Positions 16,390 to 26,246 of a stretch of 64,000 nt of DNA are shown one piece after another (positions within the stretch are counted from its first letter, which is position 1; every line of letters starts with the position of its first letter). The stretch is taken from contig CAYSRJ010000003.1 in NCBI GenBank assembly GCA_964433545.1, forward strand, positions 64,904 to 128,903, read 5' to 3'. The notes beneath the pieces are model-generated. The model was not told the DNA's origin. It searched no databases and saw only the letters and a list, made by a program, of their open reading frames with translations. Source of the DNA: an uncultured Spirochaetota bacterium. Its GTDB lineage: Bacteria > Spirochaetota > B62-G9 > DRHN01. The translations under genes and the position numbers were made by a program.

Positions 16390-16422
16390 AAAAAACGAGA
16401 GAGGCAGAAGCCTGCCTCTCTC
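16390..16422 (-). terminator. intercistronic rho-independent terminator/attenuator between the binding-protein and permease genes
   Basis: Perfect 11-bp stem GAGAGAGGCAG-aagc-CTGCCTCTCTC. On the minus strand it is followed by GTTTTTT. Confidence 0.5.
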
Positions 16423-16446
16423 AAAAGTGATCTTTTTTTGAATCGG

Positions 16447-16540
16447 CTTCTAAGCAACTTCTCGCGAAGTTACTTTATGATATTCGGTCCCCGGGGATGT
16501 AGACCACTTCTAAGCAACTTCGAGCAAGTTCCTGTTTGAA
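16447..16540. repeat. structured intergenic repeat element, copy B (three hairpins)
   Basis: cttctaagcaACTTCtcgcGAAGTtactttatgatattcgGTCCCCGGGGAtgtagaccacttctaagcAACTTcgagcAAGTTcctgtttga. The same arrangement is at 34551..34669. Confidence 0.45.
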
Positions 16541-16564
16541 ACTCGGCCGCGAAATCGCCACTTT

Positions 16565-17569
16565 TTACTGGGAAAACTTTTCCTTCCACAAGCTCATGAT
16601 TCTATCCCTGTTGTCAGCCGCCCATCGTGCATCGTAATTGATGAGTTTCGGATTGAACTTTACGAGCGCTTCAACACCAGGGTAGGTCACCTTCGACCTG
16701 TACTGGGCAACGACTTCCTGGAATTCTTTGGTTCCGATATAGTCGATAAACTTCTTGGCCCCTTTCGGATTTTTGGTGTTCTTGTATATCACCGCGATAT
16801 CGAGCACGTACCCTGTCCCCTCTTCGGGAATCACCATCTCCACCGGATACCCCTCATCCTTCCTCTTCTGGACAGCCTGATCCCAGGTTATACCGATGAT
16901 ATATTCACCCTGCGCGGCAAGCTGGCCGGGTGCGGAACCAGACTTCGTGTACTGCGCCACATTCTTGTTGAGTTTCGCAAGGTAATCCCAACCTTCGTCC
17001 TCGCCGTAGAGCTGCATAATTGTCGACACGGTTAAAAAGGCCGTGCCGGACGTGCCGGGATTCGGCATAACGATCTCGCCCTTCCACTTGGGATCGAGCA
17101 GGTCCTTCCAGGACTTCGGCATATCATACCCTTTTTCCTTAAGAAGCTTCGTGTTGACTGCGATGCAGGCAAACCAGTAGGACCAGCCGTACCAGTAGCC
17201 GTCCGGGTCCTTGTACTGATCGGGAATATCCTTCCATGCAGAGGATTTGTACTTCATCAAAAGCCCCTTGTCCTTTGCCATGAGCGCAAATGAGAGCGGC
17301 CAGCCGAAGTGCATATCGGCGCCAATATTCGGAGCCTCTGCCTCGACCCGGGCCCACGCTTCACCCGATGAGAGCCTGAGCGGTTCGAGCTTCAGCCCTG
17401 TTCCCTTTGAGATCGCACTCGCTAAGGGGTCGAGCTCCGACTCATCGTTGTCGGTGTAGTACTTGATGACCCCCGTTTCAGCAGCTCCCTTTTCCTCACT
17501 GCCGGCAAAAAGTAAAAATGTCGGCATCGCCAAAAGGAAAGCAAGAATAAAAATCAGTGACCTTTTCAT
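16565..17569 (-). CDS. periplasmic substrate-binding protein of the ABC importer (family-1 SBP, Fe3+/AfuA-like)
   Basis: Signal peptide MKRSLIFILAFLLAMPTFLLFAGS; mature domain about 310 aa; AGGAGG SD. The gene order SBP-permease-ATPase matches afuABC/fbpABC. Confidence 0.75.
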   Translation of the reverse strand: MKRSLIFILAFLLAMPTFLLFAGSEEKGAAETGVIKYYTDNDESELDPLASAISKGTGLKLEPLRLSSGEAWARVEAEAPNIGADMHFGWPLSFALMAKDKGLLMKYKSSAWKDIPDQYKDPDGYWYGWSYWFACIAVNTKLLKEKGYDMPKSWKDLLDPKWKGEIVMPNPGTSGTAFLTVSTIMQLYGEDEGWDYLAKLNKNVAQYTKSGSAPGQLAAQGEYIIGITWDQAVQKRKDEGYPVEMVIPEEGTGYVLDIAVIYKNTKNPKGAKKFIDYIGTKEFQEVVAQYRSKVTYPGVEALVKFNPKLINYDARWAADNRDRIMSLWKEKFSQ

Positions 17570-17686
17570 AATAAAACCTCCTGTAATGAAATGTTTTTTA
17601 AATGGCTTTTAAACATACACAACTTCAATTCCTTCGCGAAGCCAATTTGAAGCGGCGCAAGTCCCCCCAAGGGAAAGTCCTTGACA

Positions 17687-17729
17687 GGATATGTCCCTAG
17701 CGGGATATGTCCCTAGCGGGATATTCCAC
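17687..17729. repeat. tandem 16-bp repeat GGATATGTCCCTAGCG x2.7 within the divergent promoter region
   Basis: Units at 17687-17702 and 17703-17718, plus a partial unit. Flanked by TCCTTGACAGGATA at 17678 and 17741, and by AGGATACATCCT, which recurs at 34605. Confidence 0.4.
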
Positions 17730-17966
17730 TTTGCGGCCGATCCTTGACAGGATACATCCTCCTGGGACTGGGTATCACACAGTAACTTGTGCGATGGTAC
17801 TTAGGAGATAGCACGTATACCGCAGGCAATACCCATAGAGAATAGTACACGTATAATTATTAATTATCAACATGTTTTATAAATGCACACGCTGTGCTTG
17901 ACCTGATCGCCTGTCGGAAGTAGTTTCTGAAAGAATCTTCAGCGCATCCTCCAAAAGAGATATAAA

Positions 17967-18887
17967 ATGCCCGAGCTTCCCGACCTCACCGTGTATATCG
18001 AAAACTTAACCCGCAGGCTCAGGGGCAAAACGCTTTTAAAGGTCCGGATGAAAAGTCCCTTCCTGCTTAGAAGCGTCGAGCCTCTCATCAGCCGGACAGA
18101 AGGAAAAGAGGTTTTAAATATAAAGCGAATCGGGAAATACATCGTTTTAGAAATGCAGAACCATTTATTTCTCGTGTTTCATTTAATGCGGGCAGGACGC
18201 TTTCAATGGAAAGCCCCGTATGCCGCAATACCAGGACATATCGGGCTTGCGGCCTTTGATTTTCAAGACGGGACTCTACTGGTAACAGAGGCCGGAACCA
18301 GGCATCGTGCTTCCCTTCATGTCGTTGAGGGTGAAGATTCCCTCGAAAAATTCGACAGTGGCGGAATTGAGATTTTCAACACGGATATCGTCTCCTTTCA
18401 GGATGCACTTCAGCGGGAAAACCACACCCTCAAACGTGCTCTCACGGACCAGCGCATCGTTGCGGGAATCGGAAACGCGTACTCGGACGAAATACTGCAC
18501 CGTGCTTGCCTTTCACCACTGAAGTTTACAGCCCGCCTGAGCAGAAACGAGATCTCACGCCTCTTCGATGCCTGCAGATCGGTTCTGGTAGAGTGGATCG
18601 AACGTCTCAGAGAGAACGCTGGCGGAACCTTTCCAAAAAAAGTAACCGCCTTTCATGACAATATGGCGGTGCACGGGCGATTCGGCAAACCATGCCCTGT
18701 GTGTGGGTCTCCTGTTCAGCGTATCGTGTACAGTGAAAATGAATGCAACTACTGCCCTTCATGTCAGACCGGGGGCAGAATTTTTTCAGACCGTGCGCTC
18801 GCGCGAATCCTGAAAGTTGACTGGCCGAAAACTCTACAAGAGCTTGACGATCTTGCCGAAAAAATGAAGAGAAATTACCGGATGTAA
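17967..18887 (+). CDS. Fpg/Nei-family DNA glycosylase/AP lyase
   Basis: MPELPDLTV starts with the catalytic Pro2/Glu3. The C-terminal zinc finger is CPVCGSPVQRIVYSENECNYCPSCQ. Confidence 0.85.
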   Translation: MPELPDLTVYIENLTRRLRGKTLLKVRMKSPFLLRSVEPLISRTEGKEVLNIKRIGKYIVLEMQNHLFLVFHLMRAGRFQWKAPYAAIPGHIGLAAFDFQDGTLLVTEAGTRHRASLHVVEGEDSLEKFDSGGIEIFNTDIVSFQDALQRENHTLKRALTDQRIVAGIGNAYSDEILHRACLSPLKFTARLSRNEISRLFDACRSVLVEWIERLRENAGGTFPKKVTAFHDNMAVHGRFGKPCPVCGSPVQRIVYSENECNYCPSCQTGGRIFSDRALARILKVDWPKTLQELDDLAEKMKRNYRM

Positions 18888-18938
18888 AGCGATCGGATAA
18901 CAGTACCTACGGATCTTCACCGCAATGGGGGCTTTTAT

Positions 18939-20114
18939 ATGAACAATTATGATGTCATTGTGGTGGGTGCCGGACCTGCAGGTGCCACTTCCGCTCGAGT
19001 GTGCGCACAGCACAATCTCAAAACTCTTCTTATAGATAAGGAAAAAATCCCCAGGGATAAACCGTGCGCTGGCGCCCTCACATCCGCTGCAGCACATGCG
19101 CTTGATTTTCAGATTCCGGATCAGCTCATCGAACGGAAATGCAGAAAGATATCCATCATGTATGAAAAGGTAAGATATATAGCACAGCTTGAAAAGCCGT
19201 TTGTTTTCCTGGTAAACAGGAAAAACTTTGATGCGTTTCTCACTGACAAAGCAGTTGAGGAGGGAGCAAGGCTACATGACAAGGAGCAATGTGTCTTTGT
19301 CAAAGCTGAAAAAAACCATGTAACGGTGAAAACAGACAAACAAAAATATACGGCCGGCATCGTCATCGGCGCGGATGGAGTATACAGCAGAGTCTTAAAA
19401 AATCTTCATGGCGGTTTCGACCGGGACGAAATTCACCTCGTTCTGACTGCAGAAATACCATTATCCAATAAAGAGATTGAAAAGCGTTTTAGAGACCTTG
19501 TAACAATTTATTATGGGTCGGAATCAATTGGTTATGCCTGGCTTTTCCCCAAAAGCGGATATGTATCCGCAGGAACCGGTATCCAGGAGGCTCAATCTAA
19601 AACACTTGTAAAACGTCTGAAGGATTTTTTGAAGATAAAAAATCTCGATTCAAATGTCCGTATCAGGGGATATTTTATCCCCGTTTCACACTTTAAAAGA
19701 CCCGTATATGGAAACAGAATTATGCTCACGGGCGATGCTGCCGGATTTGTTGACGGCTTCAGCGGTGAAGGGATACGGTATGCAGTTCTCTCTGGAAAGC
19801 TTGCCGCCCAGACTGCGATAAAAGCAACTGACTCTGGTGATTTTTCAGAAACAATATTTAAGGGCTATCAGGATGTCTGTTATTCCACATTCGGACGTGA
19901 CCTTCGGTGCGCTGCAAAAATAACGGAATATCTGAAAAATAACCGGAAATTCATTCTGGAAACAGCACTCCGGGATACACAGTCTCTCACCCGCTACTTC
20001 CACACAGTGGCCGGTGACCTTCCCCTCTGCGATTTTGTACATTGGATGCGTGAAAGGTCACCCTTTCTTTTAACCAAGCGGATCATCTTCGGCGCAAACG
20101 TACGAAGACGTTAA
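18939..20114 (+). CDS. FAD-dependent oxidoreductase, geranylgeranyl-reductase family
   Basis: YDVIVVGAGPAGATSA dinucleotide-binding motif; a GDAAG motif (LTGDAAGFVDGFSGEGI) further downstream. Confidence 0.8.
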   Translation: MNNYDVIVVGAGPAGATSARVCAQHNLKTLLIDKEKIPRDKPCAGALTSAAAHALDFQIPDQLIERKCRKISIMYEKVRYIAQLEKPFVFLVNRKNFDAFLTDKAVEEGARLHDKEQCVFVKAEKNHVTVKTDKQKYTAGIVIGADGVYSRVLKNLHGGFDRDEIHLVLTAEIPLSNKEIEKRFRDLVTIYYGSESIGYAWLFPKSGYVSAGTGIQEAQSKTLVKRLKDFLKIKNLDSNVRIRGYFIPVSHFKRPVYGNRIMLTGDAAGFVDGFSGEGIRYAVLSGKLAAQTAIKATDSGDFSETIFKGYQDVCYSTFGRDLRCAAKITEYLKNNRKFILETALRDTQSLTRYFHTVAGDLPLCDFVHWMRERSPFLLTKRIIFGANVRRR

Positions 20115-20188
20115 ACGCAAACCATGTGTCAGTGCTCATGAAAAAATTCTTTACTCCATGGCTATTTGAATCGATGTTGGAGCAGGCA

Positions 20189-20914
20189 TTACCGCACATC
20201 CGCCACCATACTCCTCAATACGTTTGCATTCTTTACAGCGTTTCCATCGGCATCGTTATTGAAATAGGCGAACACATCTCGTCCTTCATCCGCCCATCCC
20301 CTGATTTTCACCGCCCATTCTCCAAGCACCTCATCCGGATAATCACCTCCGTAGCGCTGCCGGTACCCGTGAAACCGAATATACACCGTATCAGAAGTAA
20401 CCCACAGAGGGCTTTCTCTGCCGGGAAAATCATGTATGCAGAAACCTGCTCTGATATCCCGCAGAGTATCGGCAATTTGCCCGGTATAGCAGTCTTTATT
20501 TCTGAATTCAAATACATATCTGCCTGCGGGCAGAAGCTTCGCAAAATTTCGCAACATATCTTCGTTCGGGACCAACGTTGGGGGGAGCTGGAGGAGGTAC
20601 ACTGATGTCTTTCCTGAAAGTGGAGCCATATCCCTGAAAAACCACTCCACACTATCCTCGCAATTTTTAAGCCTGTGCACATGGGTAATCAGGCGCGACA
20701 CCTTAACCGCAAAACTAAACCTTTCAGGTGTTCTCCTGTTCCAGCCTTCAGCGACACTGCTTTTGGGTATGCGATAAAAAGATGCGTTCAATTCGACGGT
20801 GCTGAACCTCTCGGCATAGTATTCGAGCCAATTTTTCTGAGCAAGGCCCTCCGGATAGAATCTGCCCCGCCAGTTCCTGTAGGTCCAACCCGATGTACCG
20901 ATCCTGATCAGCGT
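20189..20914 (-). CDS. DUF72 (YecE-like) protein; conserved N-terminus lacks a canonical start codon
   Basis: YIRFHGY..YFNNDADGNAVKNA C-terminal signature. The track ORF begins at a TTG (20791), but DUF72-like sequence LIRIGTSGWTYRNWRGRFYPE continues 41 codons upstream in the same frame, back to a TGA. The only initiation context is AAAGGAGcttcACGCTG, that is ACG or CTG. Confidence 0.7.
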   Translation of the reverse strand, partial: TLIRIGTSGWTYRNWRGRFYPEGLAQKNWLEYYAERFSTVELNASFYRIPKSSVAEGWNRRTPERFSFAVKVSRLITHVHRLKNCEDSVEWFFRDMAPLSGKTSVYLLQLPPTLVPNEDMLRNFAKLLPAGRYVFEFRNKDCYTGQIADTLRDIRAGFCIHDFPGRESPLWVTSDTVYIRFHGYRQRYGGDYPDEVLGEWAVKIRGWADEGRDVFAYFNNDADGNAVKNANVLRSMVADVR

Positions 20915-21032
20915 GAAGCTCCTTTTCAGATGAGAAGTTCGCCCGCAATCAGCAGCTCTTCATCCATAAATATATAATATAACAGGACTTCCCGCGAGGG
21001 AGAATAGTAGAAGACCGGCCCTCTATGCCCAT

Positions 21033-21467
21033 TTACTGATGATATTCGAGACACTTTCGGTCTGAACGAGACATGCTGTTGGGATTGTGAAGGAGCATCA
21101 GAAGAAATCTCCCGAACGCAGCCTCCATCACATTGTAGACGACAAATGCCAGAAGTCCGCTGTGCATGAAGCCGGACAACCTCTGGATAATGAGGTAGCT
21201 TTGCGGCAGAAACCACAAAAGGCCGATCAACGCTCCAATCCTGAGAGCACCAAAGGCATGGTTTCCAGGCGATCTCGAAAAAAGCTGAAAAAGCACAAAG
21301 AGGAGGATTAAAAACCCGATAAAAGAAAACGGTAAAATGATCTCGTATCGATGCATGGAGTATCCGATTGAAAACTGCGCCTCGATAAGCCCGTATATGA
21401 GTACGGCAATGCAAAATATAACCGTGAAGGCGACTACAATGCTGAAAATCAACCTCATCCTATTCAT
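21033..21467 (-). CDS. small integral membrane protein, about 4 TM, unknown function
   Basis: Hydrophobic segments only; no recognisable motif. The ATG at MNRMRLIF lies 5 nt after GGTGG. Confidence 0.45.
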   Translation of the reverse strand: MNRMRLIFSIVVAFTVIFCIAVLIYGLIEAQFSIGYSMHRYEIILPFSFIGFLILLFVLFQLFSRSPGNHAFGALRIGALIGLLWFLPQSYLIIQRLSGFMHSGLLAFVVYNVMEAAFGRFLLMLLHNPNSMSRSDRKCLEYHQ

Positions 21468-21758
21468 GTCTGCCACCGGAGTATTTCCAGACCTTCTCAG
21501 TATACGTTCTTACTATAAACATTGTATTTTTAACGTAGAAAAATCAACTGTTTTTTTTTGCAATGCATCTCATGCACTGAACGTCCGAATTTGTCTTGAC
21601 TTTCATTAACGTGAAGGGGTACTCTGCTTTTGCAGCGACATGTTCTCTGCAATATAAAAGCGGGAGTTATTCAGACTCTTCGTGTCCGAAGCTCGTGCAT
21701 GCGCCGGCGGCATTACCCGGATGCAAAGCAACTGGATAACATTTCACGGGGTACAGAG

Positions 21759-22826
21759 ATGAAAAAGCTCATTAATAGACCCGAAAACGTTATATCAGAC
21801 AGCCTGGCAGGAGTGGCAGCGGCCCATTCGGATATCGTCAGAATTCATACAGAACCGCGCTTCATCTACCGTGCGGATGCGCCTGTAAAAGGATGTACAG
21901 CACTTGTATCCGGCGGCGGAAGCGGGCATGAGCCCATGCATACCGGTTTTGTCGGTAAGGGAATGCTTCACGCCGCCTGCCCGGGCGAAATTTTCACATC
22001 CCCGACACCTGATCAAATGCTTGAAGCAGCAAGGAGAGTCAATAGCGGCGAGGGCGTTCTTTTCATCGTCAAGAACTACAGCGGGGATGCCATGAACTTC
22101 GAAATGGCAGTTGAGCTCGCCCAGGCAGAGGGCGTACCTGTTTCAACCGTCCTCATCGACGACGATGTTGCGGTCAGGGACAGCATTTATACACAGGGGA
22201 GGCGCGGAGTCGGCACAACCGTGCTCGCCGAAAAAATCTGCGGAGGGGCATCTGAAAAGGGGTATGATTTGAAATCTCTGACCGAACTCGGCCTGCGGGT
22301 AAATAAAAATGGCCGCAGTATGGGCGTGGCGTTCAGCTCGTGCACCATTCCCGCACGCGGGGAGCCGACTTTTAATCTCGGACCGGATGAAATCGAAATC
22401 GGCATCGGCATTCACGGGGAGCCTGGCAGGGAACGGATTGGTCTGAAAACAGCCGAAGAAATCACGAGAATTCTTACCCTTTCTATTATCGAGGACCCGG
22501 CCTACACCAGGACACACCGTTTATGGGGCGCCGGGGCCTGGGTTGAAGAGGAGATGACGGACACCCCGTTTCAAAGGGGGGACCGGGTCATCGCATTCGT
22601 AAACAGTATGGGTGGAACGCCGCTTTCAGAGCTTTATATAGTGTACAAGACGCTCGAAGAAATCTGCAGGGATAAAGGGCTTGTCATCGTCAGAAATCTG
22701 ATTGGACCCTATATCACTTCACTTGAGATGCAGGGCTGTTCCATCACCCTGCTCAAAATGGATGATGAGCTTCTCGAGCTCTGGGATGCACCGGTGCATA
22801 CCCCGTCGCTTCGCTGGGGCATGTAG
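21759..22826 (+). CDS. dhaK: dihydroxyacetone kinase, DhaK subunit
   Basis: [42 protein letters not shown] is the DhaK signature. Confidence 0.9.
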   Translation: MKKLINRPENVISDSLAGVAAAHSDIVRIHTEPRFIYRADAPVKGCTALVSGGGSGHEPMHTGFVGKGMLHAACPGEIFTSPTPDQMLEAARRVNSGEGVLFIVKNYSGDAMNFEMAVELAQAEGVPVSTVLIDDDVAVRDSIYTQGRRGVGTTVLAEKICGGASEKGYDLKSLTELGLRVNKNGRSMGVAFSSCTIPARGEPTFNLGPDEIEIGIGIHGEPGRERIGLKTAEEITRILTLSIIEDPAYTRTHRLWGAGAWVEEEMTDTPFQRGDRVIAFVNSMGGTPLSELYIVYKTLEEICRDKGLVIVRNLIGPYITSLEMQGCSITLLKMDDELLELWDAPVHTPSLRWGM

Positions 22827-22836
22827 GGGGAAGTAT

Positions 22837-23463
22837 ATGCTAACGAAAAACCAGATAGTCGGCTGGCTGAGGCATTCAGCCAAAGTCATGAAGGAAAAGA
22901 GCAGCTACCTGTCCGAACTTGACGCCGTCATCGGTGATGGTGATCATGGTATCAATATGGAGCGAGGATTTAAAAAGGTGCTCGAAAAACTTGAGACGGG
23001 TGAACAACAAGATATTGCGGCGGTTCTTCGAGAAACAGGGATGGCGCTCATCTCTTCAGTCGGAGGGGCGAGCGGTCCGCTGTACGGAACTTTCTTCATC
23101 ACTGCCGGTGCGAACCTCAGCGGAAAAACGCAGGTCTCAACCGATGACCTTGCCGCATCTTTCAGGGCGGGCGCCGATGCACTTGCTCAGCGAGGACGAG
23201 CCCTGGAAGGCGATAAAACTATAGTCGACGCGCTCATGCCGGCAGTCAGAGAACTCGAGCAAGCGGCAGGCGCCGGAGAATCGGTACACAACGCATTGAA
23301 TAAAGCAGCGCAGGCGACGCAGCAGGGGATGGAAAAAACAATCGAAATGACGGCACGAAAGGGACGGGCGAGCTATCTTGGTGAAAGGAGTGTCGGCCAT
23401 CAGGACCCGGGAGCATCCTCGGCATACCTCCTGCTGAAAGCCCTGTATGAAGCGGCTTCCTGA
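22837..23463 (+). CDS. dhaL: dihydroxyacetone kinase, ADP-binding DhaL subunit
   Basis: ELDAVIGDGDHGINMERGF is the DhaL motif. The start is 10 nt after the dhaK stop. Confidence 0.9.
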   Translation: MLTKNQIVGWLRHSAKVMKEKSSYLSELDAVIGDGDHGINMERGFKKVLEKLETGEQQDIAAVLRETGMALISSVGGASGPLYGTFFITAGANLSGKTQVSTDDLAASFRAGADALAQRGRALEGDKTIVDALMPAVRELEQAAGAGESVHNALNKAAQATQQGMEKTIEMTARKGRASYLGERSVGHQDPGASSAYLLLKALYEAAS

Positions 23464-23582
23464 ACAGTGTGGAAACGAATGGTATTATTCTGGAATAGTC
23501 CGTACATTTGGATAACTCCCGGTTCAGGGACCACATACCGCGTAACTGTCCTATCAGCATTTGACAGGGAACTATCGGTAAG

Positions 23583-26246
23583 TTGCGGACACAGGAAAAA
23601 GCAGTGGTCGGTATCGTACTCGTCACCCATAGTGCAGCACTGGCACAGGGCATAAAAGAACTTGCCGGACAGATGGCCGGCGGCAGTGTCCCCATTGGAC
23701 TTGCAGGCGGTATAGACGATGAAGACCATCCATTCGGCACGGATGCAACCCGTATATCAGCAGCAATCGAATCCGTATGCAGCGACGACGGCGCGCTCGT
23801 GCTGATGGACATGGGAAGCAGTCTTCTCAGTGCAGGACTTGCCCTGGAGTTTTTACCAGAAGAAAAACGAAATAAGGTTTTGCTCTGTGAGGCGCCGCTT
23901 GTCGAAGGGACTATTGCCGCAGCGGTGCGTTCCAAAGGCGGAGGGACACTTGCTGAGGTCGCCCGGGAAGCTCGAAACGCACTTTCTATAAAACAAACAC
24001 AGCTTGCCGGAACATCCGTTGAATCCCCGGGGCCAGGCCATGGAGACACGGACGAATTTCGTCAGGGCGCCAAACAAAAAACACAGGGCGCTGTGAGAGA
24101 AGCCGCTGCGTATCCTCCTGCGGGCGGCGGGGGTAGAAGCATCATTCTGACCGTTCCAAACAGACTCGGTTTTCACGCGCGCCCTGCATCGAAATTTGTA
24201 CTCACCGCTTCAGGATTCAGAGCGAACATCACCGTACAAAACATCACCCGCAAAACCGAGCCCGTCGATGCGCGGAGTATCAACGCACTAATGACCCTCG
24301 GAGTTCGCGGAAGTCATGAAATCTGCATATCTGCGAATGGACCCGATGCAGATGCGGCGCTCACTGCTTTGAAAAGCCTGGTCGAAGCTGGCTTCGGGGA
24401 GGAGAGAACGTCCTCCGGCCAGGTAGCAACGAAAAAACCGGGATATAGGCAAAAAAAAGAGGGAGACGACTCAAGAGAGGCGGCTGCCCTGAAGGAAAAG
24501 AAAGAAAGGGACAAAACCGCACCCGCCAGCATTCAAAAGGGTGTGCAGATTCGTGGTATTCCCGCCTCACCGGGCATCGCAATCGGTCCTGCCATGCGTT
24601 ACCAGCCCGTCTTTAAGCTGGTTGTTAAAAGAACGCCTGAAGATCCGCAAACCGAATGGGCCAGGCTGCAGGCCGCACTGCAGATCGTCCGTGAACAGAT
24701 TGCCCGTTCACAAAGACGCATGGCGGCAGAGGCTGGAAAATATGAAGCGTCCATCTTCGACGCTCATATTTTGACTCTCAGAGACCCCACCCTGCTGGAA
24801 CCTGCAAAAAGAACGATATTCAGCACATCATGCACCGCAGAGGAAGCATGGAAATCTGTGGTAGACAGTCTCCTTGCGTCCTACCGTGCCGACGATTCCT
24901 CCTATATCCGCGCCCGGGAATCGGATCTCGAGGGTATTTCAATACAGGTCCTTCGAATCCTTTCAAAGGCAGGGCGACCTCATCTGGGATTGCCGCATCC
25001 CTGTATCGTTCTTGCTGCCCGCATTGTTCCTTCAGATATAGCAGGCCTCGATCGAAAAAAAGTGCTCGGCATCTGCACAGCATACGGAGCAACAAACTCG
25101 CACACGATGATACTTCTCCGTTCACTCGATATACCGACACTCACCGCTGCAGGAATAGAAATCATGAGTATCCCCGATGAAACACCGCTCGCACTCAACG
25201 CCGGCACGGGCATGCTCATTGTAAATCCCAAACAAACCAAACGGTACATACAAGCACAAAAAAACTGGCAGGTTTCTATTGCACTGGAAAAAAAAGAAGC
25301 CGGTAATGCGGCAGTCTCGACTGATGGGAAAAAAGTCCCTGTGCTCGCCAACATCGGGTCTATTGACGAGGCCATTCCTGCTCGTGAAAAAGGCGCAGAT
25401 GGTATCGGTGTGCTCAGAACGGAGTTTCTCTTCCTTCAGCGTGAATACCCGCCGACAGAAGACGAGCAGGTCGAGGCATACACCGCTATCGCCGATGCCT
25501 TCGACAAACTGCCTGTTACCGTCAGAACACTCGACGCAGGGGGTGACAAGCCGCTTCACTTTCTCTCTGCTCAAGCCGGGGACAATCCTGCCCTCGGTAA
25601 AAGGGGTATACGTCTTATTCTTGACCATCCAGATATTTTGAAAACCCAGTTTCGAGCAATTTTGAAAGCGTCTGCCGGATACTCAATGAAAATTATGCTT
25701 CCCATGGTTACATCGGTTTATGAGATGCGCACTGCAAAGAATATATTTGCCAGAGCAAAAGAAGGGCTCAAAGTGGAAGGCAGGCGGTTCGATCCGTCAG
25801 CATCGCTTGGGATAATGATTGAAGTACCTGCAGCCGCGCTTATTTCTGCATCCCTCGCCCGTGAATCCGACTTCTTCAGTATCGGAACGAACGACCTCTG
25901 CCAGTACACACTGGCGGCGGACAGGACAAGTCCCGATGTATCGCCATTAAACGATGCACTGCACCCGGCACTGCTCTACATGATTAAATGCACCGTGTCC
26001 GCAGGACAAAAAGCGGGTATATCGGTGAGTGTATGCGGGGAGATCGCGGCCGACCCGGATGCGGTTGCCGTGCTTCTCGGACTCGGCATCGATGCGCTCA
26101 GCATGAACCCATCATCCATTCCCCGTATAAAATCAGAAATCAGGAAAATCGCGGCCGTGGATGCAAAACATCTGGCAAAAACGGCACTCCGGTGCAGCTC
26201 GGCTGAAGAAGTGCGGGAGGTCATCCGGCGCGTCAAAAAGATTTGA
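23583..26246 (+). CDS. dhaM: DhaM-type multiphosphoryl transfer protein: EIIA(Man/Dha)-HPr-Enzyme I fusion
   Basis: N-terminal EIIA-Man-like domain (VGIVLVTHSAALAQG). HPr motif GFHARPASKF. EI domain with GATNSHTMILLRSLDIPT and FSIGTNDLCQYTLAADR. The likely start is the GTG at 23604, after AGGAAA; the track gives TTG at 23583. Confidence 0.85.
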   Translation: MRTQEKAVVGIVLVTHSAALAQGIKELAGQMAGGSVPIGLAGGIDDEDHPFGTDATRISAAIESVCSDDGALVLMDMGSSLLSAGLALEFLPEEKRNKVLLCEAPLVEGTIAAAVRSKGGGTLAEVAREARNALSIKQTQLAGTSVESPGPGHGDTDEFRQGAKQKTQGAVREAAAYPPAGGGGRSIILTVPNRLGFHARPASKFVLTASGFRANITVQNITRKTEPVDARSINALMTLGVRGSHEICISANGPDADAALTALKSLVEAGFGEERTSSGQVATKKPGYRQKKEGDDSREAAALKEKKERDKTAPASIQKGVQIRGIPASPGIAIGPAMRYQPVFKLVVKRTPEDPQTEWARLQAALQIVREQIARSQRRMAAEAGKYEASIFDAHILTLRDPTLLEPAKRTIFSTSCTAEEAWKSVVDSLLASYRADDSSYIRARESDLEGISIQVLRILSKAGRPHLGLPHPCIVLAARIVPSDIAGLDRKKVLGICTAYGATNSHTMILLRSLDIPTLTAAGIEIMSIPDETPLALNAGTGMLIVNPKQTKRYIQAQKNWQVSIALEKKEAGNAAVSTDGKKVPVLANIGSIDEAIPAREKGADGIGVLRTEFLFLQREYPPTEDEQVEAYTAIADAFDKLPVTVRTLDAGGDKPLHFLSAQAGDNPALGKRGIRLILDHPDILKTQFRAILKASAGYSMKIMLPMVTSVYEMRTAKNIFARAKEGLKVEGRRFDPSASLGIMIEVPAAALISASLARESDFFSIGTNDLCQYTLAADRTSPDVSPLNDALHPALLYMIKCTVSAGQKAGISVSVCGEIAADPDAVAVLLGLGIDALSMNPSSIPRIKSEIRKIAAVDAKHLAKTALRCSSAEEVREVIRRVKKI

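Noticed and set aside
17895-17925. ACCTGATC... segment reminiscent of a TPP-riboswitch core upstream of fpg
   Set aside because: No accompanying CUGAGA/GGGG elements, and the downstream gene is not thiamine-related. Treated as coincidence.
23246-24049. 267-aa minus-strand ORF
   Set aside because: Antisense to dhaL/dhaM; low-complexity Ser/Pro/Ala-rich translation.
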